Positions 62,633-64,000 of a stretch of DNA of 64,000 bases are shown here, in pieces. The stretch is from Thecamonas trahens ATCC 50062. Taxonomy: Eukaryota > Protista > Apusomonadida. The notes under the pieces were generated by a model. The model did not search any database and had not been told where the DNA came from. It was given only the letters and a program-made list of their open reading frames with translations. The DNA is taken from assembly GCF_000142905.1 (NCBI RefSeq), contig NW_013657635.1, positions 62,001 through 126,000 on the forward strand, read 5' to 3'. Numbering within the stretch: the first letter of the stretch is position 1; the number at the start of each line of letters is the position of its first letter. The position numbers and the translations under genes were made by a program.

Positions 62633-64000
62633 ATGGACTGGGACGCAGAGGACACACTTTCAGGCTCGAGCACGTCGGGCGAGTACGGGTCCGCCACGGG
62701 CGGCGCGGGTGGCTCTGGCGGCTCTTTGGCGGCGGCGGGTGGCGGCTACTCGGTCGGCCTCGGCCTCCCGCTCTACGCCACGGCCGTACTTGCTCCACGT
62801 GGCTCGGCATCCGCCCTGGAGGAGGCTGCTGCTGCGCTGCCGCACGCCCATGCCCATGCCCATGCCCATGGTCATGGTCATGGTCAAGCTCATGGTCATG
62901 GTCAAGCTCATGCCCATGCCCACTCGGCCCGCCCAAGCCTGCCCCCACACCCACGCCCGCCGCCTCGTCGCAGCCGCCGCCCTCGCCGCGCACGCTGCCC
63001 TCGCTGCATCGTACCTCGTCGACCGCCCGCGAGATGCAGGCTGCGGCGGCGCGGGCGGCGGCTGCGGCGGCTGCGGCGGCTGCAGCTGCGGCGCTCCCGC
63101 CGGAGGAGATGTTCTTGTCGGACGGCGGCAACGGCATCGATGACGCCGGCGCGACGGGCAAGGTCCGGCTGTCGACGGTGCCGAAAGCGCCGGTGCAACT
63201 GGCAGCGACGCACGCGGCGGCGGCAGCGGAGATGGCCAAGGCGGTCGAGAGTGGAGCGGCGCCTCGTGGTGCGCCGCACGTCCGCAGAGCGGTCGACGTC
63301 TCCAACAAGCCACTGGAGATGGTGCTGGCGGCCAAGAACGCGGCGGCTCGCGACCGGCCGGTCCGGTCGTGCATGCCCGGGGCCGCGGCGCAGTACGATG
63401 CGGTTGAGCTGGCGGGCTTTGAGGCGGGGCGGCTGGAGACGTTCCGCAGGGCGCGCAAGCGGCGGCGGACGTTGCACTCGTGGAAGGCGGTCCGTGACGG
63501 GCTTGCCTGGCGTTGGGCCTGGCTCCAGCTGCAGATCGAAGAGCTGAAGCGGACCCGCGAGTCGTACTCGCGCGGCCTGGACGAGTACCAGCAGGAGAAG
63601 CCCAAGGTGAGCCAGGTCCGCGACGCTGAAGCCGAGGCGCTCGGAGAAGTCGCAGCACGCTGCTGCCCCATCCAGCTCCCAGTCCCGCGGCGGAACATGT
63701 GCAAGCGCAACATGGCGCGAGTCCGCAAGAAGCTTGCCGCTGAGGACCCGCTCCTCGCCCTTGTCACGGCCAAGAAGCAGGCCGAGCGCGAGCGCCGCGC
63801 CTCACACCGCAAGCTGGCCCGCTCCGATCCGCACCCGCTCTTCCCGGACGCTGCCGCTCTGCAGCTGGCTGTGGTAGGCGAGCGAGCAGCGGCGGCGATG
63901 CCTGCGGGCGCTGGAGCAAGTGGAGGGAGTGTGCAGCCGCAAGCCGGGGTGGCGAGCGGCGGAGGTGCTACCGCGCCTTCTGCGCCGCGTCCGCCGATGC
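62633..64000 (+). CDS. Low-complexity nuclear protein, possibly KANSL1/NSL1-like; 3'-truncated; frameshift near 62944
   Basis: MDWDAED start and HA/HG tract. After a -1 shift it reads poly-Ala then LAWRWAWLQLQIEEL...AARCCPI...HPL, reminiscent of KANSL1 motifs. Confidence 0.5.

Noticed and set aside
62039-63547. 502-aa ORF including WQQMAATGSK repeats
   Set aside because: The upstream part translates a 20-bp non-triplet minisatellite, and the downstream Arg-rich part is off-frame after the 62944 shift.
1-64000. Numerous long Arg/Pro/Ser-rich alternative-frame and antisense ORFs
   Set aside because: These are expected shadows of GC-rich coding sequence and carry no family motifs.

Overview
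This is a gene-dense, GC-rich window from a unicellular eukaryote. It has short GT-AG introns (mostly GTACGT/GTAAGT donors), poly-C/poly-G tracts and about 30 protein-coding genes. The style resembles the apusomonad Thecamonas trahens, but this cannot be verified here. Recognisable housekeeping genes include DCC1, cathepsin B, an M28 peptidase, PhoD, a MAP3K-like kinase, Ku80, mL54, HMG-CoA lyase, UXS1, a PKA-like kinase, JMJD7, DNA ligase IV, ARL2BP, DPAGT1 and ELMOD. Main findings: (1) an iodothyronine-deiodinase-like selenoprotein hidden by an in-frame UGA (52931-52933), with a complete type-2 SECIS element in its 3' UTR (53481-53567); (2) an ORF whose C-terminus matches the catalytic motifs of the apoptotic nuclease DFF40/CAD; (3) DPAGT1 fused to an N-terminal LAP2-type LEM-like domain; (4) a Crinkler-like heptad-repeat/REase/kinase protein; (5) six genes each one base short of an intact frame, most likely assembly errors; (6) an AT-rich island upstream of LIG4. 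All family calls come from reading motifs by eye, not from database searches.
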